The notes under the pieces were generated by a model that saw nothing but the letters and a program-made list of their open reading frames with translations, ran no database searches and had not been told where the DNA came from. From Candidatus Parcubacteria bacterium (GTDB taxonomy: Bacteria; Patescibacteriota; Patescibacteriia; CAIXNZ01), in the NCBI GenBank assembly GCA_026395685.1, contig JAPLYG010000009.1, forward strand, positions 81,519 through 145,518: 64,000 nucleotides of DNA, in the 5' to 3' direction. The position numbers and the translations under genes are program-made. The first letter of the stretch is position 1, and each line of letters opens with the position of its first letter. Shown here one piece after another: positions 52,613 through 62,634 of the stretch.

Positions 52613-55600
52613 TTAATTGCACATAGAACCCTCGCAGCGGGAACCTGGGTTTAATGGATTCGGAATATTACACATATGGCAGTCAGGATTAAACTGTGTC
52701 GGCATACAGAAAGGCAACCAGGTATTACTATAAGTATAAGCAACCATTTTACACTTGGAATCTGCCACACAAGGAGCAGCCTCATCATATTCTTCACAGC
52801 CCAAAGTATCCTCTTTTATAATACAACCCATTGCATAAGTGCCAGCTGCCCAATGCTTACCCCAAAAACACTTAGGATCACGGGAACAAAGGAATCTGGT
52901 AGTCCATTTAGCACAGCCTGAAGAATCAAATCTGTCAACGCAAATACCGGTGGTCCAAGAGCAAAGGCCTAAAGTAGCATCACAATCTGCTTGAGATGTA
53001 TTCACGGAGCAATCTGTCCTACTGACACATGCAGGAGCCTTGGGCTCACAGCCAAATTGGTTTAGGCAACCAAACCATTGCTGATCAAGATTAATTTTAT
53101 AATCGCAGGTTGTTTTTGGCTCACAAAAATCTCCAAGAGTTGCTGCTGGAGTTGCTGTTGGAGCCTTCCAGTTACAAGCATCATTAGCTTGACAGGCACT
53201 CTTAAGCTGAATCGTTGTACAAAGATTCACGCATTGCTGATTGGGAAAATCCCAATAACAGCCATCATTGCCTGCTTCATTGCAGGTATCCTCGCTATAT
53301 TTTGTTTCACACGCAGAGGTGCAGAGATAATCTTCTCCGACCTCGCAGGTTGAACTATTTTTACATGCATTACTGGTTAATGGGGTTATATCTGATTTAC
53401 AGCAGACGCTGCCATAAGCAGTACATTGGATTCCCGGAGATAAAATATCTGTTTCCGCACAACTGCCAGAAGCCTGGCACTGGCCATTTATATAGGTATA
53501 ACCCGGATCGCCGACAGCTACTCCTGAACATAGCTGTGCAGTTACCAGCCCGGTAGTAGACATTTCTATACATTTATTTTCACATTTTAAATCTTGCTCA
53601 TTCCAGGAACAGTTTGTATTGCAACCAGCTGGATCTAAAATCAAATTGCAGGTATCACGGCAAACATCAGGCCGCCACTGACAAAATTTATCATCATTAC
53701 AAACTTTGGCATTAGGATTTGGAAGACAGCATATTGGAAAGTTATTATTCGGACATTTATTATCTACTGGAAACTCGTTAGATCCGCACTTACCCAGATT
53801 TTTTCTGCAGATACCGCCTGCATCTTTACAGGTTCCTACCGGAAGACTTTGTACTGCTGCCGGATATTTCTTATCGCACTGTAAATTACAGCTCCACCTC
53901 CAGCGATCTTTATCTGCCCAATAAGCATTCCAGGAGCAGTAATCTGCTTTTTGAGTCATACAAATCTCGCCTCTGGGGCCATGAGAATCAATATTTGTCG
54001 TACCCAAACCGCTATATCTATAAGTACAAATATCTTCCATGCAATAATGATTGAAATAGCTGCAATAAGTGGCAAGCGACTCACAGTCTTTTTGCTTTGT
54101 AGCTTCAGTGGCATTAATATTTGGCGTCGTAAGACTGCAAATATTGAAAAGGCAGGTAGCTGTGGCCTCATCCCAGGTACACATATCCTGGCCTGACTCA
54201 GTTACATCTTTTTCGCAATCTGTCTTATTCTTATGATAATCACACACATTTTTTATACATTGGCCGTTGTTCCACGCACAATAAGGCAGAAGTTCACACT
54301 TAGTTTTATTTTTCAGCAAGCCGCATTCGTCAATTTTAAAAGGAAAGTAAGTTAAACAAGCATTGGCGCCTTCACGATAAATTCCCCCATACAAGGGATT
54401 CAATAAATCATATTCCAGGCAACGGCCCTGAAAACCTAAATTTGTTTTAATGGTTTCAACAGCGCTGCATTGTCCGATGATTTTTTCATCAGTATTTTCC
54501 TCACTCAAAGGAATAACGCATTGGGGATTATTTTTTGTAACCCCCTGGCATAAGCGTCCCTCAACTGCTTTGTTGCCGGTACAAATTTGAGGCTTATTGT
54601 TTGATTCGCTTATAATTTTATTTAAAAATCCATAAGGAAAATAAGTAATGGTTCCTGTTGCTTCAGCCTTGTCATAATTACACCCGTCGGCAATATTTTT
54701 TAGGGTTAAAGTAGGACTAAAAAGATTAACCACCTTGCTATACTTGCTCAGCCGGGAAATATCATAAGGCAAAGGAGAATCTTCTTCCGGAAATATTTTG
54801 CAGACCGGGCTGATAAATCTTTGATCTGGTTCGGCAATGGGATCAACACTGGTATATTCCACGGGATACTTGGCAAACAAATATCCGTCATTAATTTCCA
54901 CTTCAACCGGATAGCGGTCAGGAATAGTATAACCGGAGTAATCTCCCAACTCCCAGCGTTTAATCGCATCATCCATGCCGGTTCCGCTTCCTGCAAATCT
55001 GGTAACATATGTGGCGCGGGTAATTTTTAATGGAGCCGAAGGTGTGGCTTTTGTATACCTGACTCCGTCAAAATTTGAGTGAATTAGAGGATCAGTATTA
55101 CCGGTATTTATTGTCTTGCTTATTTCCGTTGTCCCTTCAGAATTATAGGTAATAACCTGAGTCTGTCTGCAATTGCCTAGTCTGTCAGTTTCTGAACAGA
55201 TCACCCATTCTCCGCAGTCACGATCTTTGCTGACTTTTATAGTCTCAATATTATTATTACTGGTCTGATTTTTAAAAGCGACACAGCCTTTATTCCAATC
55301 AACGCTGGAACATGATGAACGGTCAATATTATTGCCGTTGTCAATTACATGATAAATCTGGCCGGAAGATTGATCCTGATTGATTGTCTGGAAACTGGAA
55401 CACCCGCTATATGCGCTCTGGCACTCACCGGTATAATTTATATACCCAGTATCAGTAACCTTAAGAATGCCAAAAGGATTGGCCACGCAAAGCCCTGCTC
55501 CTGAAGAAAGCCAGATGCCATGCTGATTTTCGCAATCAGCCTGACCTGTAGCTGACATGCCCTTACCGCACTGTTTCAAATCACCCACCCAGATACCGCC

Positions 55601-58600
55601 GCAATAGCTGCATGGTGTAGAACCAGTACTGCAGTCGGGCTGATTTCTCATGGTATTACATCCAATTTCTGTACCGGCCACAAACCAACCGCTTATAGTC
55701 TGCTGCTCGATCGGCTTATTAGCCTGGTACTGGCAAATTTTGGTCGGATCAATCTTGTAATATTCCGGCGAGCCGTTTTCATTGATCAGTTCCACGCAGC
55801 CTTCAGCATCCTGATTGCATAAAATTGCGCGCGCGCCTTCATAATTATCAGGATTATTTTTCAGATAAGCAACATCATAAACCACACCTGAACCCTGAGT
55901 CAAAACCGGCTCTTCAAATTTCTGACAGCCTTTATTCTCATACGTGCACTTGAATTTTTGGTTAACCACATAGGCTGTAAGTACATCTGACGGCACTGCA
56001 ATGTTCAGACTGGTCTTTGTATTCGGCGCTAAAGAATTCTGGGTATCAATCAGGTATTGGCAGCCAACTTTGTCAGCAGCGCATAATTTGCTGAATGATT
56101 TAAGATAAAACATCTGGCTGTTTGGCCCGCGATAAGCCGCGCAATTATAATCTACATAGGTGCAATTGGGCTGTGACCAGCTGTTTTTTATCAGATAATA
56201 ATTGTCTTTTTGCTGGATCAGGCTGATATTATCAAGGTTAAGCACATCAGTGCCGGAAACATTATTAAAGGTAATTGAGTCAAATGAAGAATTCAAATAG
56301 ATTGGCCCCAATTGGTACATATTCCAGGTATTCAATAATTCGGTTTCGCCAAAATTAGTTATGCGCAAAGTGCCGTTACCTTTGGCTGTAAATTGTAGAA
56401 TATAATAGTTGCCTTTGGAAAGAGTTGCTTGCCTGACAGCCGAGCCATAAGCCGCGATTTCCAGGGAATGACCGCCGGCATCCTGGCTGGCGGAACTTAA
56501 GCTGATGCCAGGACCGCTATACTGGGTCGGTAAATTGACGCTGTCTTCAAAAGTATCGTTAAATGAATGATAGGTATTATAAATGCCGGCACCATAATAA
56601 TGATAACATCCTGCCTGGGCTGCCGGACATTTCATGCTTAAAGAAGAAATGCCATCGTAAACGCAGTACTTATTGGTTTCATCCCACTTGCCATTAGTGA
56701 CACCGCAGGTTTCTTGAGTCGCAATGGTTTTTCTGTAAGGATGGCAATCTGCTGAGGCAATAATGGTTTTTCTGACATCCCGAAAATAAGTATTTCCGGC
56801 TGAATCGTAAAACTTCAGGCAATAACCGGTTGACAAAACATTGCTCCTGCAATCCTCTGAATTATCAAAAGTTTTGGGAGAACCGTCACCATTTGCCTGT
56901 AAAACATGCTTGACCACTTGTTGCGGTCCATCAGAAATACTTTCCCAGGTATAAAAAGTCTGTTCCCCCAAGCCAGAACCGGGCTTAATGCACTGCCTGA
57001 GCATTGTATAGTATTCAATGCCCTCGCCTCCCTTGGCTACTTCATCTAAATTAGTAAATTGGGAACAGCCGACATTAGCTGCCTGACAGGTTGTAGCAGT
57101 CTTTGGTACAAAGTCGGCTAATTCGCGAATCGGCTCAAAAGCAGTAGGCTGTTGAATATATTGATTATAACCGACGCATTCTGCCGGACACTGATCATCT
57201 TCCTGAATTACAGCCGTAACATCAGGATCACCATTTACCGGCTGGTACAAAGCGCAACCAACATCATCAGAGGAACATTTCATCATAAAATTATTGCAAT
57301 CATTGCGGGTGGGGCTGCTAGAATCGCAATTGGCGCTGGTTTTGTAATATACTCTGGTTGCCAAAACATCCTGATCATAACTGGCCGGCAAAACAAAACC
57401 CGTTGCCTGAAAATCGCTGATAGTCGTAGGATTTGCGATATATTCATGGCAGCCGTCATTCTTTTCCTCGCATGTTTCGATATTGCGATTGAAATAAAAT
57501 TTATCTAAGTTGTAGGTTTTATCAATTGATTTATAGCCTTTGCAATTAACTGTATCGGGCCCGCAATTGGAGGGGTCTAAAGTATTTTTGAGATACGCCA
57601 AATCAGCTTCACGGCCATTGGATTGAATCTGAGTATAGGTACGACAGCTGGAAAAATAGTCCGGGCAGGCTTTAGCGCTAAAACGCCAGACATTCTTTTC
57701 CTTAACACAAACCTGATAATTGCTGCTGCCGCAGGATTTAGGCTGATCATCTTTGACACAACTCACAAAATCAGCGCAACGCGAATAGCGGCGTCCTGAT
57801 TGATTATCCGTCAGAAGTTCGCCAAATGATTCAACCTGCAATGTCCTGGCGTCAGTCGGCAGATAACACTTGGTAGCCGGAATTTTTAAAACCCAATATG
57901 GATCAACCAGATTGCAAAATGGTGATTCTGCAGTGTCATAATTGCCGCAAATACCGTCCTGGCCGCGCTTATCAAAAGCAGTAACAATCTCCCCAAAAGT
58001 AGCATTGACAACCTGATTATACATTAATTTATTAACTTCTATATCAGTCCCAAATTTACAATTGTCAATCCTTTGTTTCGCATAGGGGGAAATAGGAAGT
58101 GTGGTCATTGATAAATCAATAAACTGTCCGAAATCATTACCCGTTGAAGCTGTATAAGCGCAATTAGCCGTACCCGGTACACAGGAAACACAACTGGCAT
58201 TATCAGCAGACCAAGAACACAAATTAGTAATGGATAGACAACTAGACAGTCCCAGGCTCTGGCAGGGATTATAATATTTACGGAAGTTACAATCTCTTAC
58301 CAGTTCAGCTGCCAGCTCCATGCCCAAAGGCACAACACGCGCTTTTCTCAGTTTTCTTATATTGGATAAATTGTAGGTATTATCTTCAATCTCTTCACCC
58401 CAGGAAAATGTGGCACCGGACTTTAATTTGCCCTGGCTAAGCGCCTGATCAATGGTCAGCCTGTTTTGAATAGCCATGGCAAAACTTTGATCAATGACCT
58501 GATTATAAATATTGGGATTAGCATTTTTACCCTGCAGATTGAGCTGGAATTCCTGCAATAAATCCAGATCGGAAAATTCATTATTGGTGCCCGGCTCAAA

Positions 58601-60205
58601 ACTGGTGAAATAAAGGGATACTCCGGACTCGGTAATAATACTTTGATTCTCTTTGACGAAAATACTGCCTTTATTTTCCTTCTGTTTTCTGGGATTTGAC
58701 AGAGCCATCATAAGCTCATTGATATACAAATTATATAATTCCTGTAAAAAGACGCCCAAAGAATCAGCCACAATACTCTTTGTATATTCAGTCATGCTGT
58801 CAGATGGAGTGAGAGACTGAATTGATTTCGCTTTCAAAATATCAGCCGGAGTTTTAATATAGCCTGTTACTTTATCCACCATGCCTTTCCAGCCGCCACT
58901 GGTACTGACTTCTGTTTTTTTGCGTTCTTCTGCTTCAGTCTGGGCTTTGCCTGTGCCTTCTTGCACCTGCGTTTTAGTGGTATTGGCCGGATCTGCCTGT
59001 GGTTCAAACTGAGTTTTTGCTTTTTGATAAGTATAAAGTCCGGCTCCGCGGAACATCTTGGCCTGGATGCGGTTATTAACAAATTTTTGCAGCTGCTCGT
59101 AGCCATTACTGATAGAATTATAAAGATTAGCGGCATCCTGCAGTTTAGCCTGGGCTTCGCGCTGAAAAATACCTGCCGCCTGAGAACCAGGTGCCACTTC
59201 AGCTGCAGTCGGGATCGTAGTATAACCGACATTCATTAAGGCTTGCTTGCATTGATTAATTAAGCCAGTGGCGTCTTTTTTCATGCAGGCTTGGTAGGTG
59301 GCGCGGCTGGTATTAACCGGACGCTGGGCATCATTAATTTTTTTATTCCAGGCACTTTTAATATCAGGTATATATTCTTCAGAAACATAATAATTGCTGC
59401 CCACAGTCAGGGTAACCGGCTGGTTTGTTCCCCTGCCGGCTATTAATTTATCAACGTCAGCATCTAATTGCTGTCTGGTAAGGTCTAAGGCTGCTGCTTT
59501 GGCTGTTAAATCTGATTTAGCCGAGGTACCTGCTAAAAGACTGTCACTGGTAATATCACGATTGATTTGGCTTACTGTCTGCTGAAAATTCGGACCAATA
59601 TCAGTTGTTTTAATTTTAATGAAATCCTGCCATTCCTTGCCTTCGAAATTAAATTGTTCCTTTAATTCCAAAAAGCTGCAACCTTTGGGAACTGCGCCAA
59701 AAATGCTTTTTTGCGCTAAAGTGTCGGGCTTATTCGGCAAAGTCAGGGCAATATTCAAGGTCAGAGTAGGATCAAAATGGCAGAGATCAAGGCCGATTCC
59801 CTGGCTTACTGCTCCCGTCAACCAGTCTTCAAAAGCAGCCTGGCCCTGGTCTTTTATCGCACCATAAGGGTCTGTTTCCCAAATCGGCTTTTGGCCTTTG
59901 CCCATTAAAACAATCGAGGAAGCGGTTTTTTTGGCAAATTCTCTGCCCAGATTGGCAACTACGTTTTTGAAAAAAGTCGCTTTCAGATCGTCCAATACTT
60001 CGTCTTTAGTAAATTTTGCAAATTCCAATCCCTTCCAACCCGTCTGGATGGATGATAAAAGAGAATCAATTACCATCTGGACCTGGGCATTAGCCGGATT
60101 AATATCAACAAAAAGAAAAAAATAAAAATTGCTTAGCACAAAAAAGAAAACCAAAAAGGAAAGAATCGCCTTATTGATTTTCTTTTTATTTTCATTTCCC
60201 CGCAT
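52613..60205 (-). CDS. Giant Cys-rich secreted protein (2530 aa), last-but-one gene of the T4SS-like block
   Basis: N-terminal signal/TM (ILSFLVFFFVLSNFYFFLFV...ANA), about 150 Cys throughout, and no internal stops. No confidently recognisable catalytic domain. Confidence 0.6.
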   Translation of the reverse strand: MRGNENKKKINKAILSFLVFFFVLSNFYFFLFVDINPANAQVQMVIDSLLSSIQTGWKGLEFAKFTKDEVLDDLKATFFKNVVANLGREFAKKTASSIVLMGKGQKPIWETDPYGAIKDQGQAAFEDWLTGAVSQGIGLDLCHFDPTLTLNIALTLPNKPDTLAQKSIFGAVPKGCSFLELKEQFNFEGKEWQDFIKIKTTDIGPNFQQTVSQINRDITSDSLLAGTSAKSDLTAKAAALDLTRQQLDADVDKLIAGRGTNQPVTLTVGSNYYVSEEYIPDIKSAWNKKINDAQRPVNTSRATYQACMKKDATGLINQCKQALMNVGYTTIPTAAEVAPGSQAAGIFQREAQAKLQDAANLYNSISNGYEQLQKFVNNRIQAKMFRGAGLYTYQKAKTQFEPQADPANTTKTQVQEGTGKAQTEAEERKKTEVSTSGGWKGMVDKVTGYIKTPADILKAKSIQSLTPSDSMTEYTKSIVADSLGVFLQELYNLYINELMMALSNPRKQKENKGSIFVKENQSIITESGVSLYFTSFEPGTNNEFSDLDLLQEFQLNLQGKNANPNIYNQVIDQSFAMAIQNRLTIDQALSQGKLKSGATFSWGEEIEDNTYNLSNIRKLRKARVVPLGMELAAELVRDCNFRKYYNPCQSLGLSSCLSITNLCSWSADNASCVSCVPGTANCAYTASTGNDFGQFIDLSMTTLPISPYAKQRIDNCKFGTDIEVNKLMYNQVVNATFGEIVTAFDKRGQDGICGNYDTAESPFCNLVDPYWVLKIPATKCYLPTDARTLQVESFGELLTDNQSGRRYSRCADFVSCVKDDQPKSCGSSNYQVCVKEKNVWRFSAKACPDYFSSCRTYTQIQSNGREADLAYLKNTLDPSNCGPDTVNCKGYKSIDKTYNLDKFYFNRNIETCEEKNDGCHEYIANPTTISDFQATGFVLPASYDQDVLATRVYYKTSANCDSSSPTRNDCNNFMMKCSSDDVGCALYQPVNGDPDVTAVIQEDDQCPAECVGYNQYIQQPTAFEPIRELADFVPKTATTCQAANVGCSQFTNLDEVAKGGEGIEYYTMLRQCIKPGSGLGEQTFYTWESISDGPQQVVKHVLQANGDGSPKTFDNSEDCRSNVLSTGYCLKFYDSAGNTYFRDVRKTIIASADCHPYRKTIATQETCGVTNGKWDETNKYCVYDGISSLSMKCPAAQAGCYHYYGAGIYNTYHSFNDTFEDSVNLPTQYSGPGISLSSASQDAGGHSLEIAAYGSAVRQATLSKGNYYILQFTAKGNGTLRITNFGETELLNTWNMYQLGPIYLNSSFDSITFNNVSGTDVLNLDNISLIQQKDNYYLIKNSWSQPNCTYVDYNCAAYRGPNSQMFYLKSFSKLCAADKVGCQYLIDTQNSLAPNTKTSLNIAVPSDVLTAYVVNQKFKCTYENKGCQKFEEPVLTQGSGVVYDVAYLKNNPDNYEGARAILCNQDAEGCVELINENGSPEYYKIDPTKICQYQANKPIEQQTISGWFVAGTEIGCNTMRNQPDCSTGSTPCSYCGGIWVGDLKQCGKGMSATGQADCENQHGIWLSSGAGLCVANPFGILKVTDTGYINYTGECQSAYSGCSSFQTINQDQSSGQIYHVIDNGNNIDRSSCSSVDWNKGCVAFKNQTSNNNIETIKVSKDRDCGEWVICSETDRLGNCRQTQVITYNSEGTTEISKTINTGNTDPLIHSNFDGVRYTKATPSAPLKITRATYVTRFAGSGTGMDDAIKRWELGDYSGYTIPDRYPVEVEINDGYLFAKYPVEYTSVDPIAEPDQRFISPVCKIFPEEDSPLPYDISRLSKYSKVVNLFSPTLTLKNIADGCNYDKAEATGTITYFPYGFLNKIISESNNKPQICTGNKAVEGRLCQGVTKNNPQCVIPLSEENTDEKIIGQCSAVETIKTNLGFQGRCLEYDLLNPLYGGIYREGANACLTYFPFKIDECGLLKNKTKCELLPYCAWNNGQCIKNVCDYHKNKTDCEKDVTESGQDMCTWDEATATCLFNICSLTTPNINATEATKQKDCESLATYCSYFNHYCMEDICTYRYSGLGTTNIDSHGPRGEICMTQKADYCSWNAYWADKDRWRWSCNLQCDKKYPAAVQSLPVGTCKDAGGICRKNLGKCGSNEFPVDNKCPNNNFPICCLPNPNAKVCNDDKFCQWRPDVCRDTCNLILDPAGCNTNCSWNEQDLKCENKCIEMSTTGLVTAQLCSGVAVGDPGYTYINGQCQASGSCAETDILSPGIQCTAYGSVCCKSDITPLTSNACKNSSTCEVGEDYLCTSACETKYSEDTCNEAGNDGCYWDFPNQQCVNLCTTIQLKSACQANDACNWKAPTATPAATLGDFCEPKTTCDYKINLDQQWFGCLNQFGCEPKAPACVSRTDCSVNTSQADCDATLGLCSWTTGICVDRFDSSGCAKWTTRFLCSRDPKCFWGKHWAAGTYAMGCIIKEDTLGCEEYDEAAPCVADSKCKMVAYTYSNTWLPFCMPTQFNPDCHMCNIPNPLNPGSRCEGSMCN

Positions 60206-60245
60206 ATATATAAAAATTTATGAGTTAATATTTTTAAAAAATTAT

Positions 60246-61067
60246 TTACTCATACTTATTAATAATCTGATCAAAAATCTGCTTTAATGTCTCATCATCT
60301 AGCTGGTCAACCGTAGCCTTATCCATGCCTCTGATGATCAGTTCTTCACGCAGCTGCGCCGGGGTCATATTTTTCAAATTATCAAGAGCCTGCTTTTTTT
60401 CTTCATCGGTCGCAACACCTTCCTGGCTTACAGCTCCGACATTCTTCATTTCATCAAACATTTTCTGAAGTTCCGGATTATCAATGCCAATATCCTTTAA
60501 AGTTTTGGTGCCGGCAATTAATTCCTGCTGATACTGCATGAGCTTGTCCATATCGCCTTCTTTCAGCGTATTCAATACTTCGCTTGGAGAATAAGTGCTT
60601 TCCGGCAAAGCAGCGGTTTCATTAATATTTAAAGCTCCGCAAACCTGGCCCTGCGGGCAATTGGGATCTTCGCCCTTGAGCAGTTCGTCCTTATCGCTGA
60701 TTTTATCACTATCAGTATCGGATAAATATGGGCTGGTGCCGTAAATATTCAGTTCGCTCCAATCATCCAAACCGTCCAAATCGCTGTCTTGATTTTTCAA
60801 TTGGGCAATCACTTCTTCCTCACTAGTCTGGAATAATTTGTTATACTCATCAATCAGCTGGCCGCGCTTATGCTCGAGTAATGAGGGGTAAAGCGGACCC
60901 TGAATATTTTTAATAAACTGCAGATAGCCAAGACCGACCGCAGAAATTGTAATCAATATTAAAAAAAACACGAAAAACTTTTCCATCGGAGTTTTTTCGA
61001 TTTTAGATACAATTTTTTCGGCTTTTGGCTCTAAGTAATTTTTGATTTTCTCATCAATTGGCGACAT
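60246..61067 (-). CDS. Membrane-anchored protein with Asp-rich Ca-binding-like (TSP3/dockerin-type) repeats (273 aa)
   Basis: TM (FFVFFLILITISAVGLGYLQF) and DSDLDGLDDWSE...DTDSDKISDKDE loops. Confidence 0.4.
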   Translation of the reverse strand: MSPIDEKIKNYLEPKAEKIVSKIEKTPMEKFFVFFLILITISAVGLGYLQFIKNIQGPLYPSLLEHKRGQLIDEYNKLFQTSEEEVIAQLKNQDSDLDGLDDWSELNIYGTSPYLSDTDSDKISDKDELLKGEDPNCPQGQVCGALNINETAALPESTYSPSEVLNTLKEGDMDKLMQYQQELIAGTKTLKDIGIDNPELQKMFDEMKNVGAVSQEGVATDEEKKQALDNLKNMTPAQLREELIIRGMDKATVDQLDDETLKQIFDQIINKYE

Positions 61068-61126
61068 TTCTAGAGCTAATTTTATTTAAAATATATACTG
61101 AACTTATTATACCATAAAAATAACAG

Positions 61127-61996
61127 TTAAACCACAAACTGTTGATAAAGTCCGGCCCAATCTTTCAGGCTCAAATTCTGAGCGCGGCAGTCAGCCCTTA
61201 AACCGATCTTTACCAGTCTATCTTTTGCTTCCAAATTGTCCAATTTATATCCGCTGGCCAGATTATTATGCAGTTGCTTCCGGGGCGAGCTAAAACCGAT
61301 TTTAACCAGCTGCCAAAAGCGTTTTTCTTGAAAATCTTGCCTTTCTTTTTCGCTCAATACTTGGCTAATTTCAGCGGGTAAAGTATCTCTATTGACAGTT
61401 ATTTTTAAAATCGCGCTATCAACCTTGGGAATGGGGAAAAAACTTTGTTTTAAGATAAGATTGGCAATCTCAGGCTGGCCATAAAACTGCACCGACAAAC
61501 TCAACAGACTCATCTCTCCGGGCTTGGCTATTATTTTCTCCGCGACTTCCTTTTGTACTAAAATGGTCAGCGATTTTGGCCGCGGCTCATAGCTTAAAAA
61601 CTTCCTGATTATCGGCTTGGTTATCGCATAGGGCAAATTAGCCACCAGCTTATATTCCCCTCCTCCCAAGCGGACGGCCAATTCTTGATTCTTTATTTTT
61701 AAAATATCTGCCTGTAAAATTTCCAGATTGCCTGCTTGTTTAAATTTTTTGTGTAAATAAAAAACAAGGCGCTTATCCAGCTCCACGCACAATACTTTAC
61801 GGCAATTGGAAATTAATTTTTCCGTTAACACCCCAAAACCCGGGCCAATCTCAATAACTAAATCCGTTTTTTTCAGTTCACCTGCTGAAACTATTTTTGC
61901 CAAGGCCTGCTCGTCAATCAAAAAATTCTGGCCCATAGCCTTGCTGGGCCTGATGCCGAGTTGCTGACAGAGATTTTTTATTTCAATGATAGTCAT
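61127..61996 (-). CDS. rsmA: 16S rRNA (adenine1518/1519-N6)-dimethyltransferase RsmA/KsgA
   Basis: GQNFLIDEQALAKIV...VIEIGPGFGVLTEKL is the SAM-binding motif I. Start placed at MTIIEIK; the ORF track begins 16 codons upstream. Confidence 0.85.
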   Translation of the reverse strand: MTIIEIKNLCQQLGIRPSKAMGQNFLIDEQALAKIVSAGELKKTDLVIEIGPGFGVLTEKLISNCRKVLCVELDKRLVFYLHKKFKQAGNLEILQADILKIKNQELAVRLGGGEYKLVANLPYAITKPIIRKFLSYEPRPKSLTILVQKEVAEKIIAKPGEMSLLSLSVQFYGQPEIANLILKQSFFPIPKVDSAILKITVNRDTLPAEISQVLSEKERQDFQEKRFWQLVKIGFSSPRKQLHNNLASGYKLDNLEAKDRLVKIGLRADCRAQNLSLKDWAGLYQQFVV

Positions 61997-62112
61997 AAAA
62001 TTGAATTTAAAATTCAAAATGCAAAGTGCAAAATTACAAATCAAAAATTAAAATTTTGGTATTCTTTTATTTTAATAAAACATTCCAGAATTTTAAACTA
62101 ACAACTGCAACT

Positions 62113-62457
62113 TTAAACTTTGAACTTTGAACTTTCAACTTCATCCTCCAGGGCCTCCTTCCGCACCACCTTCGTCACATCCTTTTCCACTTTATCCAAT
62201 TTAACCAAAGCCCGAAACATTAAATAAAACAGAATCAAAATAGAAATATATATCACCAGATCAACGCCGCGACCGACGCCGACCATATTAGCGGCATAGG
62301 AAGTAACATCGGGAAATAAGACTAAAAATGCTACTGCAAACCAAAAAATCGTCCACAAAATTAGTTCCTGCAGGGAAATATTCTTGTCCTTGTAGCGCAT
62401 GGCGACTTTGATTACGGCGAACAGGATGAAAAGGATTAGAATAATTTTAATTAACAT
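62113..62457 (-). CDS. DUF2304-like small membrane protein (GT2 partner)
   Basis: 114 aa with three TM helices and a charged C-terminal tail. Proteins of this type normally sit directly beside DPM1-like GT2 genes. Confidence 0.55.
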   Translation of the reverse strand: MLIKIILILFILFAVIKVAMRYKDKNISLQELILWTIFWFAVAFLVLFPDVTSYAANMVGVGRGVDLVIYISILILFYLMFRALVKLDKVEKDVTKVVRKEALEDEVESSKFKV

Positions 62458-62634
62458 ACTTAAAAAATTAATTGCTTAGTTATACGTTTATCGGTTTCCT
62501 GCCTTCGCCCGTATGAGACGGGCTACGGCAGACAAGCGTTTTTCGTTACGTCAATAGTTTAACGAAAAACGTAACGATCATCGATACCGAATAACGATAA
62601 ACCGATTTTATTTTCTAATTATTTTTGCCATCAA

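Noticed and set aside
51912-52616. 234-aa plus-strand ORF (and 48879-49136 plus, 85 aa)
   Set aside because: Both are antisense to the 1346-aa gene, across its GC-rich Pro/Ala/Thr-encoding repeats. Their open frames are a consequence of the repeat composition.
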